A DNA stretch of 64,000 nucleotides. Source: Camelus dromedarius. Taxonomy: Eukaryota. The position numbers were made by a program, and so were the translations under genes. The stretch covers positions 32,180,001 through 32,244,000 of the forward strand of contig NC_087447.1 of assembly GCF_036321535.1 (NCBI RefSeq), given 5' to 3'. This document shows positions 38,171 to 50,048 of this stretch, piece by piece. The notes under the pieces are model-generated. The model was not told the origin of the DNA. It was given only the letters and a program-made list of their open reading frames with translations, and ran no database searches. Every line of letters begins with the position of its first letter. The stretch's first letter is position 1.

Positions 38171-38646
38171 TGTCAGTCAGTCAACTGTCAATGAACAAAT
38201 CTGAAAACTTTCTTCAGCCTCTATGACCTCCCCTTTCTGAATCACATTTCCCTTTTAAATTATTCTTGCCCTATTTTTCCAGTGAAGCCTGCTGCTCACT
38301 GGTGGCTCAAAAGTCCTTGTCAAGCCCTGGACTTGTCCTATCAATGTTTATATTCTTCCCATCAACGAGCCCACCATATTTTCTTTGGGACCTTCTGATA
38401 TGCCTTAAGACTGATTTAAATAGAGCATCAGACTGAGTCAGAGTCAGGAGAATGACAGTCTGGTTCCACTAATTTCTGTAAAGCCTGAGCAAATTTCTGT
38501 TCCTATCTGTGTTATTGTATACTCTACTGCAAAGTTAGGTGGATACACTGAATGCCTCAGGTCCCTTTCAACTTAAGAAAAAAACTGGCTGACAATGTTT
38601 TTAAGATCGTGTCTCCATAGGAATAAGTACAATTTGACAGAGACTT

Positions 38647-39985
38647 AATTCATTCAACAAATATTTACTAAGTGCCTCTCACCAAGCATTTTTCTAAGAT
38701 CTGGGAATGTAGCAGTAAGCAAAACATAAACATCATCAATGTTGCTTACTTTCTGGTGGGGCCGTGGGGGTAGGGAAAATAGATGATAACTCATCTATGT
38801 ATATGTGTAAGTCTATGTATGTATGTGTGTGTGTGTGTGTATATATATAGTCAGGTAGTGATAATACTGTGGAAGGAAAAATTTAAAAACTGGTTAATGT
38901 GGAGAGGAATTATTGTTGGACTGAAGGTAAAAAGGTAGATGTGTTGATGATTCTATATAGTATGTTCAAAGATGGCCTCATAAAGTGACAATTGAACTGA
39001 GAGAGAGAGCATTACAGCTAAAGGTGACAGCAAGTGCAAAGGGCCCGTGGTTAGAGTGTAACTAGCTTGTTTAAAGAAGAGAAAGAGGTTAAATAATGTA
39101 ACAGAATTAGAGAGAGGATGATAAATAAGTTGAAGAGGTTGGTATAGAGGAAACAAATTACTAGGGCCTTGTTGGCTATTGTAAATGCTTGGCTTTGAGT
39201 GTGATGAGAAACTTTTGGAGGAATTAAAGGGAATGAGTGACAAGATCTGATTCAACAGTTTGGAATGATCACTGAAAGAGTTGTGTGGAAAACAGACAGG
39301 AGACAGTCAGTGAAGTGCATAGATAGAAGGCTATTATAATAAACCACATAGAAAACTGCAGAGGACTTGGACGTGGGTAGAAGCAGTGGAGGTGCTGAAA
39401 AGCTGTTGGATTCCATTTTTATTTTTAAGGTAGAGCTGATAAACCTTCTCCATAGATCAGTCATGTGCAGAGTGGGACAAAGGGGAGTTACTGTCTGCAG
39501 TGTTTGCAGCCTCCCCGAGTGGAAAGATAGAGTTGGTACTCAGAGAAGACTGTAGCAGAAGCAGGTTCAGGCTGGCAGGCATATTCAGGAGTTTAGATTT
39601 AGACAAAGTAAGTTTGGGGTGCCCCTTAAATATCTAAGTGGGTATATCAAGTAGGTACTTGAGTAAGAGCCTGGTACTTAGGAGTTAGTTCTGGGTTAAA
39701 GGTGTACATTTTGGAATGATCAAGCTAGAGGATGGATTTAATTAATAGGAATGGGTGAGAGCACCTACGAAGTGAATATAAATAGAAAAGAAGTGGCCCA
39801 AATACTGAGTCTTGGGGAATCCTAAGAATATGACATTGAAGTGATGAACGGAAACCAGGCAAAGAAATTGAGGGGTGGTTAGTGAGGCTGGAATAAAGCC
39901 AGGAGACAACAAGTCCCAGTAACCAAATAGAAACAGTGTTCTAAGAAGCAATGCCTGATAGACTATATCAAATGCAGATGAGAGT
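38647..39985 (-). mobile_element. L2a LINE, ~1.3 kb
   Basis: aattcattcaacaaatatttactaagtgcc (3' end); aagtgacaattgaactgag; gcaagtgcaaagggccc; gagtgacaagatctgatt; ggagtttagattttagacaaagtaagtttggggtgcc. Confidence 0.85.
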
Positions 39986-40421
39986 TAATATGTGGTCAGA
40001 CTTAATCAACTCTCAATTCTCACTAAATTACTGGGTGTCTGTTTCTAATTGTGGTCATTCTAGACCCTGTATCAACCAAGGACACCATATTCTCAACATG
40101 GTCTGTGTGAACTCATGTGCCCTGGAGTTACACAGCGCATGTGCAGATACACGTGGCAGCCTGAGTCAACTATAAAGGGATGGAGGAGCCCTTCTACAAA
40201 GCCTCTTAAATCAGCATGGGTAGGTGACTGGATAGTAGTCAGCAGATGTGTTTCAAATGCACACAAGCACTTCCCCTCGCCTCCACTCACCACACACACA
40301 CACACATGCACACTCACTCACACTCATAAACTTGGCATTTGTCATTCCAAATGCAAAGAATGGCATATTCACCCTGCCCTTCTGAAAAGCCTGAAAAGGG
40401 CTTTGTATGGAAAATGGCACT

Positions 40422-41292
40422 GAGAAAGGTAAATCAAAACTACAATGAGGTATCACCTCACACCAGTCAGAATGGCCATCATTAAAAAGTCCACAGACAA
40501 TAAATGCTGGAGAAGGTGCAGAGAAAAGAGAATCCGTCTACCATTGTTGGTGGGAATGTAGTTTGATGTAGCCACTATGAGGGACAGTATGGAGGTTCCT
40601 TAAAAAAAAACTAAAAAAGAGTTACCTTATAATCTAGCAATCCCACTCCTGGGCACATATCCAGAGAAAACTCTCATTTGAAAAGATACATGCACCCTAA
40701 TGTTCACAGCAGCACTACTTTCAATTGCCAAGATATGGAAGCAACCTAAAGGACCATTGACAGATAAATGGATAAAGAAGATGTGGTATATATATACAAT
40801 GGAATACTACTCAGCCATAAAAATGAACAAAACCAATGTCATTTACAGCAACATCGATGAAACTAGAGATTATCATACTAAGTGAAGTAAGTCAGACAGA
40901 GGAAGGTAAATATCATATGATACTACTTGTATGTGGAATCTGAAAAAAAATAATACAAATGAACTTATTTACAAAACAGAAAGAGATTCACAGACATAGA
41001 AAACAAACTTATGGTTACCAAAGGGAGGGAGGAGGGTTTTATTAGGAGTTTTGGATTAGCAAATACAACTATTATACACAGAATAGACTAAAAAAAAAGG
41101 CCTTACTGTATAGCACAGGGAACTATATTCAATAGCTTGCAATAACCTATAATGAAAAAGAATATGAAGAAGAACATATATGTGTGTTTATATATATATA
41201 TATATATACATACATATATAACTGAATCAAGACACTGTACACTGGAAACTAACACAGCATTGTAAATCAACTATACTTCAATTTACAAATAA
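40422..41292 (+). mobile_element. 5'-truncated L1 (youngest-looking in the window) with perfect 13-bp TSD
   Basis: TSD ggaaaatggcact at 40409-40421 and 41293-41305. ORF 40700-40885 (MFTAALLSIAKIWKQPKGPLTDKWIKKMWYIYTMEYYSAIK) is the L1 ORF2 C-terminus; cetartiodactyl-type 3' UTR. Confidence 0.95.
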
Positions 41293-41329
41293 GGAAAATG
41301 GCACTAGTTGCTGATATTACTGTTAAGTC

Positions 41330-41550
41330 ATTATTAACTGCTTGCGTGTGTTGTCATTAACAAGTACTAGGTATTATTTTAATCATTTTACTTACATAAT
41401 TTTGTTAAATCCTCATGATATCCTGTGAGGTTGGTATTAGTATCATCCTGATTCTCAGTCGAGGGTATTAAACCTTAGAGAGATAAAGTGCATTATCTCA
41501 GAGCAAGTAATAGCAAGTTCTGTTTCCAAACCCAAAATTCTGCCTCTGAG
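41330..41550 (-). mobile_element. MIR SINE
   Basis: ttaaatcctcatgatatcctgtgaggttggtattagtatcatcctgatt...ccttagagagataaagtg. Confidence 0.65.
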
Positions 41551-42497
41551 GCACTCAGCCAAGAAAGGAGAATGGAAATGTCCTGTTCCTTGGAAAATAC
41601 ATGTACTTTGAACTCTCTGTTACAACTCTTCCTGTTTTGTGATTTCCAATAAGGTGGAGTTATTTGGAACCAACCCCAGAATCTTCTTGATATTTGACTT
41701 TGGCATCCCCTTGACTGTTAGCTGTTGCCCAAACAAACTATCTCATGGTCAGACTGACCAACGAGAAGCCAAGAGCCATTTGAGTGGTACCGTCCTATGC
41801 CTTCAGCACTGTAAAATTGACCCAAATAAGGTTATGAGCTCACATTTCTGGAGTCACATCACCATGTGATCACTAGCTTCTGAGTTCCCCTGTTTGGTCA
41901 CACTCCCAAGGTTAGATACCTGACCTCCAATGACTCGGCAGTAGTTGGAACTTTACTATCATCTTTGATGTAATAAGTATCAATCTGTTAAGAAATAAAA
42001 TATAATTATTTTTGTTTAAGTGACAAGTGGCTAAGATGGCTACACTTCAGGAACAAAAAAACATAAATTTGAAATGCCACGTCTTTTGTTAGAGAGAGAA
42101 AGGAATCATTCAAATTCCTTAGTAGACAGAAATAACTTTAAAAATGCCTATGATATTAAAAATAATTAGTTTAGAGCCCCTTTCCTCCCCCTAAAACAGA
42201 CATATCTATAAATTTAAACTATAGGTTTGCCTCCTTGTTCACTGAAAAAACATTTTTTGGAAACTCTTATTTCATGGAGAAATGTTGAAATGACACTAAA
42301 TCTTCACATTTAATGGATACCAGAATATTTTTCTTGCACGGTTTCCATTATTCTTTATGCTTTTTCATTCCCTGTGACAGCCTCGATCACCTCAGGTAAA
42401 TCCGTGAAGTGTTAGGGAAGAGAAGAAAAAACTGACTCATCCCCAGCAACTCAGGTCATGCCCTGGAATTACACTTCCTAGTCATCGTGATCGGCTG

Positions 42498-42508
42498 TGC
42501 TGAGTCAT
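42498..42508. promoter_or_regulatory. NF-E2/NRF2 ARE (CNC-sMaf) consensus site
   Basis: Exact TGCTGAGTCAT; a second AP-1 site TGACTCA lies at 42433-42439. Motif evidence only. Confidence 0.45.
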
Positions 42509-42764
42509 CCAGAGCCTCATCTGGCCTCTCCAGACCTTCCTTCTTCAGAAGGAATCTCACTGGGTTCAGGCACGTGATTTCTAGCTGTAATTTAATATTT
42601 GTGCATGCATGTGTGTGTGCACGTGCATGTGTGTGTGGGACCACTGGCCTGACCAAGCTTAGGTTCCCCACTTCATCAGAACAGTCTACCTAAAAGAGAA
42701 TTGCCTGATGCAGTCTGAACCTGGGGTCTGAGCCCATCTTTTCTTTCTCAATGATAATCAGGTA

Positions 42765-42950
42765 ACAAAAATGCTGGGTTTGAAGTCAGACACAACCAGA
42801 TTCAAATTCACATTCTATATTCTCATTCTTAAGCCATCTTGGGAAATCATGTACACTCTCTGAGCTTTGGTGTTCTTATCTGATTAAGGGGAATAAATAG
42901 ACCTCCAACATGTGAAATGTACTTATATATAGCAAGTGCACACATGGTCA
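42765..42950 (+). mobile_element. MIR SINE
   Basis: gctgggtttgaagtcagacac...attcaaattc...cttgggaaatcatgtacactctctgagctttggtgttcttatctg. Confidence 0.7.
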
Positions 42951-43272
42951 CACCTTTAATTTAGACATCAGCGAGCTTGAACAGTAGTATCTTTAGTCAC
43001 TGTCTTTAAAATTAGCCTGTTCTAGAAAATGAAGTTATCAAGCTGCTCTTCATAAAGTGAGAGAACTTAACTCATAGCTGGTTCTGAATTTAGGAACTGC
43101 CTCAAAACCAGGTTAAAGCAGAAACATGAAATGTTTTGTCTTGCTGTTGCCAACTGGAGAGTCTTATGGGACCCCAGTTAAAAGACAGATGTGCTCAGGT
43201 GTCTCAAAGGGACTTCCACAACTATTGAGAGTGAATGAATACAACAACAGCTAATGTTTCTTGAGTGCTTAT

Positions 43273-43783
43273 TGTATTAATTTACTGCTGCATAACAAAT
43301 TACGCCCAAGCTTAATGCAACAAATAATTATTATCTCACACATTTTTCTGAGGGTCAAGAGTCTAGAAACAGGAAGCTGGGTAGTTCTGGCTCAAGGTCT
43401 CTCATGAGGTTACAGACAAGATGATGGCCAGCTCAGTCATCTGAAGCCTGGAGGAAAGGCTTATAAGGTCTGCTCCATGGTCGTTAGCAGGAGAACTCAG
43501 TCTCTTGCGTGCTCTTCACTGAAGCCTTACTTCCTCACCAAGTGCACTTCTCCATTCGGCAGTTTACGTGTCCTAGCAGCATGGCAGTTGGCTTCCGTCA
43601 GAGCCAGTGCTCCAAGTGAGCAACTGAGACAGAACACCAAGCATCAGGGAAGTGGCACATCGCAGTCTACTCGTTGGAAGTAAGCCACTAAGTCCAGCCT
43701 CCTATCCAAAAGCTGGGAATTAGGCTCCACCTCTTAAAAAGGGGAAATCAAAAAACATGTGGACATATTTCAAACCCACCATG
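43273..43783 (-). mobile_element. MaLR solo LTR (MLT1F/G-like) inserted in a minus-strand MIR (~43240-43990)
   Basis: tgtattaatttactgctgcataacaaattac...gggtagttctggctcaaggtctctcatgaggtt...gggaattaggctccacctctt...tgtggacatatttcaaacccacc; the MIR resumes with catttcacagatgggtacctgaggctt. Confidence 0.8.
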
Positions 43784-44699
43784 TTTAATATGCTAGAAAC
43801 TAATGTAAGTATACAATGTAAATTATTCTTATTTAATTTTCACTGTAATTCTGTGAGATTAGGAATTATTTTAGCTTCCATTTCACAGATGGGTACCTGA
43901 GGCTTGAGAAGTTTAAGATACACACTTAGGGATGTGGTAGTGCTGGGATTCCAAACCAGGCAGTGTGAATTTAAAACCAAGACATTTTGAATTATTTAAA
44001 AAATTAATTCCCTTTGATAAAAATCTTAATAATTTTCTTTTAAATTGATAATCTATACAGATAATATTTGACAATGCCTTAGTAAAAAGCATCCTGGATT
44101 AAGCAGAATGTATCAGTCTCTGACAATGCCAAATAATTAAGAATTTACTGCTTATTGAATTAAGATTGATTGTGACAGGTAGATATAAATTTTGCTGTAT
44201 GGGTTTTACTTCTTTCTCAAACAACCTCAATCCCAGAAGAATAACTTTTAAAATATACCAAATATTTAAGAAATTTGGCTAGTTACTCAATGTGTTCAGC
44301 CAGGATGGTTAAAAGTCCTACAGAGTCTGATGTGAAATTATCTTAGTATCTTTTTCACCCCCTCTATTATTCATAGTGTCAGATTCCTTTCCAATTATCT
44401 CATAAACGTGAGCAGTGGGGTGGGGGAAGAGCCCCACTGAGAAATAACTTACACTGTCCTTTAAAAGCTGCTTTTCTGCCAACCACGGCTTGAGGGTAAC
44501 TTACTAGGGGGTAAAATTGCAGTTGTTGAGCAAGTCAAAGCAGAAGGGGCAAGAGGCAATGATCCAGATCGTGGCTTTGGTAACAGGCAAGGGAAAAATG
44601 TCAGCAAGATATTAATCAAATACATAATAGATGAGAGGTAGAGGAGGGAGGTGAACAAATGAATGATGGAAAAGAATGAACAAAGGAGGACATGTGGGT

Positions 44700-44930
44700 C
44701 TGAACTTAAAGAGGGGAGAGAACGGTGCAGGCAAATGGCTCTGCTGTGGCAGGGAGAATAATGGTCTCTCGGGTTTCTGCAAAAGCCTTCCAGGGCTCTC
44801 CATTGTCCAGAGCAAGGATGGGCAAAGGACCGCGTACCGCCGGGCTCCTGCAGCCCGTCCTCAAGAGAGCTAAGAGCGGAGGGCTGACAGCCAGAGCCTC
44901 CCAGGCCTGGCAGGTAAGTCCTAAAGAAAG
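44700..44930 (-). mobile_element. Possible ERVL LTR16-like remnant
   Basis: Reverse complement aggacttacctgccaggcctgggaggctctggctgtcagccctcc...gagagccctggaaggcttttg loosely resembles LTR16-family sequence; weak match. Confidence 0.3.
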
Positions 44931-46049
44931 ATCTTGGAGGCACATCCCAGAAATCCTTTCCCCTCACCAATCACCCTTTGCCGTGTCAGATAGTACAGTT
45001 TTGATGCTGCTAGGTCAACAAAGGGAGATGTTGTATTTCAAAGAGATGGAACTCAAATCTCAACCCTTTATCTGACAGCTAAAAATAACATACGTTCATC
45101 AAAACTATTATAATGAGGATTAAAACAGATAAAGCAAGTAAAACATTTAGCATGTATCAGACTGTGTCAGCTGCAATTCTCATTATTAATATTTTTATTA
45201 TTCACTATATTTCAGGCATTAGGAACTCATTTTTTCCCCCAGCAAATGCTCCAAAGTTAAAAATGAATATGTAGGTTAAAGGATATAAACATTCAGGGAT
45301 CACAGCTACTGAGATCTTTAAACATGCTCAGTAAATGGCAGCTTTGTAATCACCCCAGGATCTAAACAAATTAAGCAGTGAGGCCAAGGAGTGGCAGAGG
45401 AACATCCAAGTATAACGTGCGGACAGATGAAAGTTGAGCTGGGTTAGCAAGTGTGTGTACCAGAGAATTAGGGCAGCAACCCCCCAGGTCACAGCCACAC
45501 TGAATTGGGGAAGCCCCACCACCGCTCCATCCCTCAGGGGCAAACCCAGCCCAGGCGGAGCACAGCAGTTAGACTCCATCGGAAACTAGAAGGGAGTGGC
45601 TGAGCTGAGAATGCTCTGTTGTTTGTCTCAAGGGTATCAGTCAGGTAAGTCTCTTTTCTTCCTCTAGGTCGGGGGAAGGAAGAGGCAGACTCGAGGAGAC
45701 ATGCTCATGGAGCTCCTGTCACATGGAAGGAAACATCTAGAGTCAGAGAGAAGTGTTTCCTGTGAGTGGTTTCATAGAGAAATTCTGACTATTTCAGCCC
45801 AGGTCAGGCCCCATCAGGCCGTAACACTGAGTCTGGAAACAGAGACACAAAAGGTCAGTTTGAAAGTTCTCAAGCTCTCTAGGCCTGATACGGTGTACAC
45901 CATATAACAATTTTTGTTTGTTTGTTTTAGTGATGTATTTTCATTTTTTACAACATTTTTATTGGGGAGTTTATTACTTTCTTAAAGCCTAAGGAATTAC
46001 TTTATACACAAATAATACCTGTGTTTACCTACCAGGAAAGTACTTGTAT

Positions 46050-46280
46050 GAGCGATTACCACAATGAGAGAAAGCTTTAGACTTATAACCTGAAGATCTG
46101 AGTTTCAGTCTCAGTTCAATCATTTTCTAGCCAGATGTTCTCGATCAGTCATTTAAACTAAATCTCTGTTATTGCATCCTTAAAACACAGAAGATGCCAG
46201 GTTCTTATGGTGTTTCACATGCTGCCGGGCAGTGCGCTAAAAGGACATGTGTAAAAGCACTTTGAAGGTACTGTGCATGT
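46050..46280 (+). mobile_element. MIR SINE remnant
   Basis: gaagatctgagtttcagtctcagttcaatcattttctagc...catgtgtaaaagcactttgaa. Confidence 0.6.
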
Positions 46281-47634
46281 AGGCGTGGCATCTCCAAGGG
46301 CTTCAAATGCATTTTAATTTAACAGAAAAATAAAAGGATCTTATACTTTAGAAACATAGACCAAAGGAAAGAAACCATCAGTGTTCAGCTGCACGTGATA
46401 ACAAAGCAAATAGAGAAAAGAAAAAGAGATTTGTTTTCTCCCACTCATAAATTCATCAATTTTTCATGTCGGATGGGTTCAGCCTTGAGGAGATTTTACA
46501 TATAAGAGGCATTTTTCATTATGCAGTCCAAGGGCCAAATATTTAGGAATCAATACATTGCCAAACAATTGGATATTTCATTTAGATGCAAAGCCGCTAT
46601 ATTAATCTCTTTTTCAAAAAGTCAGGCTGAATCTACCACACATATCATCTTGTAAATGCTCTCCATTCAAAAATGAAACAAAAGATGTGGTACTGCTAAG
46701 AGCTTCAAGGTCTAGAATGCCTATGTGCTCCTTATTATAATTCCTTTCTTCAAAACAGGCGTTGTGTGTCCCTGAAGGACAAGCTTTGCGTTCACTCAGC
46801 TCTAGGAATTGATTAATGTCTCAGGATGTGATGTATATTTAAGCCAGGCTCTTGGCCTATTAGCAATTCACAAACCATGACTGCGCATAGTTCTGTGCTT
46901 AACTCTATTTTGCATGACACAATGTTTATAAATCTGCCTCCATTCCCAGAATGGTATATAAACACGTCAACAAATCACATGTGTATTGAGGAAAGGGAGG
47001 TAGAATGTTATGAATTTATCATAGCCTCGGGCTGTTCCGTGACAAATTAAATATCACCCTGGCCACTGGGTCCCTACCAGGCAGTTGGTCAGAATGAACT
47101 GTAGATAGATTGAACCCTTCTTATTGGAGACAAGTCGGCAGCTCACTCAAAAATTATAAATTGGATCCCCCACACTAGAAAGAAAACTGCACTATGCTAA
47201 AGGCAAGCCTTTTATTTCTATAGGACTGCAGCCTTATGGTTTCTTAAGAAGACAGAGAGATTTTAAGGCAAAAGAAGAGTCACGAGACATAAGTGGATGA
47301 AGGATGGTGAGGACTTTACTTGATTTCTAGCTCCATCATCAGGGAGGTGAGTTTAGGTTAATTAAATATACATATATACTCTTTACATATACATATTATG
47401 TTTCTGGAAGGTGAATTCCTTACCCCTCTCATCTTTGGGATCTTAAGTGGAAGCAAAAAGGGAGTAGAAAAGGGCTCCCCAAGCAAAGGGCTCATAAATT
47501 TGCTCTGAACCGCCCCCTAGTCACAGAGATAACTGTCTAAATTCTAGTTTTCAACAGGATTTAGTCACAGGCAAATCACATTTGCTCTCTTACTCTAAGA
47601 GTATGCAATTGGACACAAAATATGAGTGGCCTCA

Positions 47635-47789
47635 GAGGGGAAGCTATAGCTCAAGGTGGTAGAGCACATGCTTAGCATACACAAGGTCCTGGGTTCACTC
47701 CCCAGGACCTCCTCTAAAAATAAGCAAATAAGTAAACCTACTTAATCCCTCCCCAAATAAAATAAATACAAAAATTTAAAAAATAAAAA
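47635..47789 (+). mobile_element. Camelid tRNA-derived SINE (Vic-1-like)
   Basis: ggggaagctatagctcaaggtggtagagcacatgcttagcatacacaaggtcctgggttcactccccaggacctcc followed by aaataagtaaacctacttaatccctcccc and an A-rich tail. Confidence 0.9.
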
Positions 47790-48189
47790 TGGTTACAATG
47801 GCAAATGTTATTAAAATTATGTATATGTAAGTGGTCTCTTTTTGTACAGTCATTGGTGTGAAGATATACTTTGATATGACAAGCTATCCTAAAATATTCT
47901 AGAAACTATTAAAAAGGTCATCTCTTAAAACTTTAGCTTATAAAATGTTTTCTTTCATGTTATATAAATTTTAGCACAATAAACAAAGAAAAAAAGATAT
48001 ACAGTATTTTCTTCCAGAGAACCACACATACTAACTAGAAAGGGGAAAGGCTGTCTTCCACTAAAATCACAGAATTATAAACCTTTAGAATTGAAAAGAT
48101 TCTTAGAAAATTCATCCACTACAGAACTTTTCAGAATGTCATATTACAAGTTAGTTATAGCTTTTACAATTAGAATGGGTTCCAAAGTC

Positions 48190-48628
48190 ATAGTAGTCAT
48201 TAGTTCTGCTCACCACCATCCAGTTCTCCTCTCCTCTGGGCACTGTCTGTCTCCCTTGTTGACTAGGGTCAAATGACCAGTTCTGGCCAATGAATTGTGA
48301 GTGGAAATTATATGCATTATATTTGGGCTGTAACATTTAATGGCTGGTTTGAGACCTTCCTAAACTTCCTCATTTCTTTCTGGCAAAATGACCTGCAATT
48401 TTCATGATGATGAGTACTCCATCAGCTGTATCCCTGAGTGACTAAGAAGAAAAAAAGCCGCTCTCCACTGCCATTAAACCATATTGAAAATGTAATGAGA
48501 GACACACAGAAGAGAAAGAGGGAGAGGCAGAGAGAGAGACAGACAGACAGACAGATAGAGACAGAGACACTATTATTTTAAGCTTAGGAGATTCTCTCAC
48601 CATAACCTATTTTATCCTAACTGATACA
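48190..48628 (+). mobile_element. Old MaLR LTR (MLT1I-like) with internal (GA/GACA)n
   Basis: atgaccagttctggccaatgaattgtgagtggaa...tccatcagctgtatccctgagtgact...cataacctattttatcctaactgataca. Confidence 0.7.
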
Positions 48629-49243
48629 TTGGTCAGTTAACTTTGAAGAACACAGATTTATACAGGTTTCTTTATTACTGAAATGTTAAAGGCTTTAAGA
48701 TGCTGATAGAATATATGAATCTTCAAGAGAAGACTATATTGGAAGCATTTCTCACACCTATTTCACCACAGATTTTTTTGCTTTGTTTTATTTTAGTTTT
48801 TGTGTGTTGTGCAGAATACTTATTATCATGCCAAAGATCCCAGTATTCCACAGAGAAAGTAGGGAAACATCTTTGGTCCATATTCTGCAGTTTACACAAG
48901 AGTCAAACAAAGTCCTAAGGAATGAAGGTCTTCTCCAAGGTCATATTCAGTGAGGTAGTCAGTTAGTGGCACACATGGGAGCTGATGCCCAACATCCTAG
49001 CAAACTGGACCCTAGCAAACTGGGGTAGCTTTACAGGTGAATCAAATGTTTGTGCATGTTCTCAATTTTACGTGAATCCTTAGAAAACTAGTCCAGTGGC
49101 AGCACCCACATCACCTTACCATACAAATTTAAATCAACACAAAGTTACCATTGGCCCACAGAGAATTAAAACAAAGAAACGTTCATAAGAAAAGCTCAAA
49201 AAAAAAAAAAAAAATCCCCAACCAAGACAAAACCCAGAGATAC

Positions 49244-50048
49244 CGTAACTGAGCAGGACACTATTGTCATTGGTGACGGTATGGTATCTGTAACTGTTTA
49301 ACCACATATTAATTAAAAGCTTTTTCTCATGCTTTTGCTGGCCAGAATTGGGCTGGAAGGGAGGGGGTACTTGGGTGATCTGCCCATCCCCCTTGTTTTG
49401 TTCCCATCACCTCAGAGATAGCAGTTGGCTGTTTTGTGCTTCTTGTTGTTCATAACTCACCCCAACTGCACATGTCTGCAGTAATTTTTAGCCTCTTACA
49501 GTTTCTTTGTATCCTGTTGTCCCAGCCTGAGCAAACACCACAGCAAGAGGGCTCAGGCCTCAGCCTGCCTAAAATGCCAGAAGCATCTACCAACCTGACT
49601 TTAAACTGCACAAATGTTTCTCTGGAGATCTTTTCCACACACCTCTTTTTCCTAAGCTCCTTTCTTCTAAGCAAAGAATATTAGAAAACTTCCAAAGCCA
49701 GAGGTGAACATCATACTCAGCATAAAAAAAAAAAAAAAAAGAAAAGAAAAAGAAAAAGAAAAAGAAAAAGAAAAAAAGGGAACTGCTGCATCTACAAAAA
49801 CAAGGACAACTTTACAATAAGTTGTTACCTTGTATGTGATCTCTATGGAAACCAGTGCCGCCCCTTGAACTCTCACTGTAAAATCCCCTACCTTCTCTCC
49901 CTGGCAGGCTCACAGTCTTAGAGGCATTAGCCCACTGTGGCCTCCTTTGCCTGGTGAAGAAGTAAAGCTGTTTTTTCTATGTCATCCAAAACTCTGTCCT
50001 CGAGTCTCAATTCCATAAACGGGGTACCAAGGCTAAGTTTGGGCAACA
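49244..50048 (+). mobile_element. ERV1-type solo LTR, apparently composite
   Basis: Start cgtaactgagcaggac; 3' part cacagtcttagaggcattagcccactgtggcctcctttgcctgg...agtaaagctg...ccaaaactctgtcctcgag...tttgggcaaca resembles cetartiodactyl ERV LTR R/U5. 4-bp flanks atac/ataa. Confidence 0.6.
49724..49777. repeat. Poly(A) plus (GAAAAA)n tract
   Basis: A17 followed by gaaaagaaaaagaaaaagaaaaagaaaaagaaaaaaa. Confidence 0.95.

Noticed and set aside
40700..40885. ORF with a clear protein match
   Set aside because: It is the L1 ORF2 C-terminus in a 5'-truncated, disrupted copy, not a host gene or active element.
44461..45075. Overlapping 116-169 aa ORFs on both strands
   Set aside because: Explained by locally higher GC and a possible LTR remnant; no recognisable protein.
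48996..49023. Direct repeat cctagcaaactgg x2, possibly array-like
   Set aside because: A single local tandem duplication (period 15). There is no repeat-spacer array anywhere, and the DNA is mammalian, so no CRISPR.
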